64,000 bases of DNA, taken from contig NW_003314310.1 in NCBI RefSeq assembly GCF_000143415.4, forward strand, positions 1,172,611 to 1,236,610. Reading direction: 5' to 3'. The position numbers were made by a program, and so were the translations under genes. How positions within the stretch are numbered: position 1 is the stretch's first letter; every line of letters begins with the position of its first letter. Of this stretch, positions 61,648 to 64,000 are shown one piece after another. The notes under the pieces were generated by a model. The model saw only the letters and a program-made list of their open reading frames with translations. It was not told the DNA's origin and ran no database searches. The stretch is from Selaginella moellendorffii (Eukaryota > Plantae > Lycopodiophyta).

Positions 61648-64000
61648 CATCTCTTCGGGAAGACCATGAACCCGCACTACTTCATGGAAAAAGAGCTTTG
61701 CTGCTTGTTTTGCATTTACTGTTCCCACAGTTGGAATGAAGTGTGCAATCTTCGACAACTGATCTACAACCACCATTAAAGTATCATAACCCTTGGACTT
61801 CGGCAAGCAAGTGACAAAATCAAGTGTCACACTTTGAAATGGCCATGCCGGTGCTGGAATGCACTGCAACTTTCCAGCCTGCTTCTCAGTTCTACGCTTA
61901 CATTGCTGGCATATAGGGTAGGAACAAATATAATCCGCTACATCACCTTCCATACTAGACCAGAAAAATCCCTTTTTCAATGAAGCCAAAGTCTTTCGCT
62001 TTCCACCATGTCCCGCTGCCAGAACATCATGATGTTCCCGCAGAAATAATTGCTAAAGATCCTTAGAGGGAAGATACAATCTTTTTTGCTTATAGAATAT
62101 AAGCCCATCCCGAACTGAGAAGTGAAGCTTTGCATTGGTGCGACTAGCAACTTTTGTTGCTTCGCTACCAGGGCTTTACTTCAACAACCCTGCACGGCAT
62201 AAGATTGCTTTTGCCAATGGATCACTTCCATATGAAGCCCGAACGTCTTCCAACTAGTCCGAACTGATTGCCGATATTTCCCGGAACTGAGCTTGACGAC
62301 TCAACACATCCGGAACAATATTGTCTTTATTAGGTTTATATATGATTTCAATATCATATCTAGCAAGCTTCTCTTGCCAACAAGCCTGCTTCGGCGTAAG
62401 CTTAGGCTGCGTAGCAAAGTAGCTTAATGTGTTAGTATCTGTATAAACCTTGGTGTGTCCACCCAAGTAGTGTCTCCAGTGTTCCAGGGCCGACACTATA
62501 GCAAACATTTCTTTCTCATGCGTTGGCCATCTTCGTTGGGTTTCATCCAATTTCTTGGAATAGAACGCAACGGGACAACCATGTCACTCTAGCGTAACAC
62601 CAACCTCTTTGTCACAATCTTGCTGTAACACGGCACCAATAACATAACCAGATGCATCACAATGCACTTCGAAGGGTTTATCAAGATCTGGGATCCTAAG
62701 AACAGGAACCGTAGTCAAGATCTCCTTCAACTATACAAAAGCACGCTGACAAGTTGGTGTCTAGTGAAACGGAATACTACTCTTCGTCAACTCAGTCAAC
62801 GAAAGAGCAATTCTTACAAAATTGTGGACAAACTTGTGATACTATCCTGCCAAACCGAGAAAGGAACGAACATTTGATATAGTGGTCGGAACTTCCTAGG
62901 ACTTCACTGCTTCCACCTTCTTTGGATCGACCTCAATCACGCCACCACCAACTATATGTCCGAGAAAGTTTACGTGCAATTGTCCAAAAGCGCATTTACT
63001 TTCCTTAGTATACAGTTTGTGTTCGCGCAACTTCTGAAACACCAGCTCCAAGTGTTTCAAATGATCCTCCAACGTTTCGCTAAAGACTAGAACATCGTCA
63101 ATATATAGGACAACAAATGCGTCCAAATAATCTCCGAATATTCTATCCATCATAGTGTTGAACGTTGCCGGAGCATTGCATAACCCAAACGGCATGACAA
63201 GGAACTCATAAGATCCATACCGAGTCTTAAAGGCTATTTTCTCCACATTTTGATCAGCCACCCGTATTTGATGATACCCAGACCGCAAATCAAGTCGTGT
63301 AAAATACTTAGCCTTTAAGAGTTGGTCAAACAAGTTATCAATGCGAGGCAAAGGATAACTGTTCTTAACTGTGATCTTGTTAAGTTCCCGATAGTCAATA
63401 CAGATCCTCATGGTTCCATCCTTTTTCATAACAAAAAGGACTGGCGCTCCATAAGGTGACTTGCTGGGTCGGATATGACCTTTGTCAAGAAGCTCCGTGA
63501 GTTGCTTCTTGAGTTCAGCCATCCCCTTGATGTTCAACAGATATAGAGCTTTCGTAAGTGGTTTAGAACCTAGAATAACCTCAATCCGATGATCAACCTC
63601 ACGGCTAGGAGGTAGCCCTAGCGGCAAATCCTATGGAAAGATATCTTGATTCCTCGCCAACAACTCCAATATCCTCTTTGGTATAGGATCAACCCCGTCA
63701 CTAATTCGAACTGAGTCACTAATTCCCTCAACTTCCATCACTTGAACCCAAAAGGTCCGACATCCCCTCTTAACTGCTTTTTGAGCGGCCCTTGTAGTCA
63801 AGAACTTTCCATCCCAATCCTTTGAGGAACGCTTTTGCAACTGGAAGGACACATCGGGTCGTCCTTCGGACTTCAATGTAATACAACTTTGTCTAGCACC
63901 ATAAATCCCTTTTATATATTTGTTGAAGAAGTCTATACCAAACACCATCTGAAAATCTGGTATCTTCAACACTACCAAGTCCACTCTTTCTTTCCACTTG
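61648..64000 (-). mobile_element. Ty3/gypsy pol (protease end, RT, RNase H, integrase), pseudogenised and truncated in integrase; continues beyond the window
   Basis: [20 protein letters not shown] and YIDDVL; RNase H CDASG and HEKEMFAIV; integrase HGGK..C..C and VTLDFVTCLPKS. Domain order PR-RT-RH-IN. Confidence 0.93.

Overview
Gene-dense plant nuclear DNA. The ~50-70 nt GT-AG introns, tiny intergenic spacers, PLS-type PPR gene and protein similarities suggest the lycophyte Selaginella (inference). Bases 1-55,000 carry about 25 protein genes and two tRNAs: PYROXD2-like, plastid RPL19, prolidase, tRNA-Ser(GCT), trihelix TF, TRAF-type zinc finger, PRP16, LON1, xylanase-inhibitor-like, SMR, RPA70, O-fucosyltransferase, CSLA, beta-galactosidase, LYR, an INO80E-like coiled-coil microprotein, cyclophilin, MetAP1, NdhU, BMS1, FAS2, UVR8, DUF3783-like, a 59-aa membrane microprotein missed by the ORF track, intron-containing tRNA-Tyr, FLD, METTL21-like and PPR. 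Bases 55,000-64,000 are degenerate retroelement debris with a 100-N gap, a 12-bp satellite and an inverted pair of Ty3/gypsy copies. Most notable: (1) two same-strand ORF pairs with stop and start only 10 nt and 8 nt apart, which are candidate bicistronic loci in a land plant; (2) a 59-nt AT-AC U12-type intron in BMS1; (3) the unannotated 59-aa ORF; (4) an LTR flanked by both a PPT and a PBS, plus fold-back/template-switch junctions in the TE block. Gene names come from motif recall, not database searches. Spliced gene coordinates run from start codon to stop codon.
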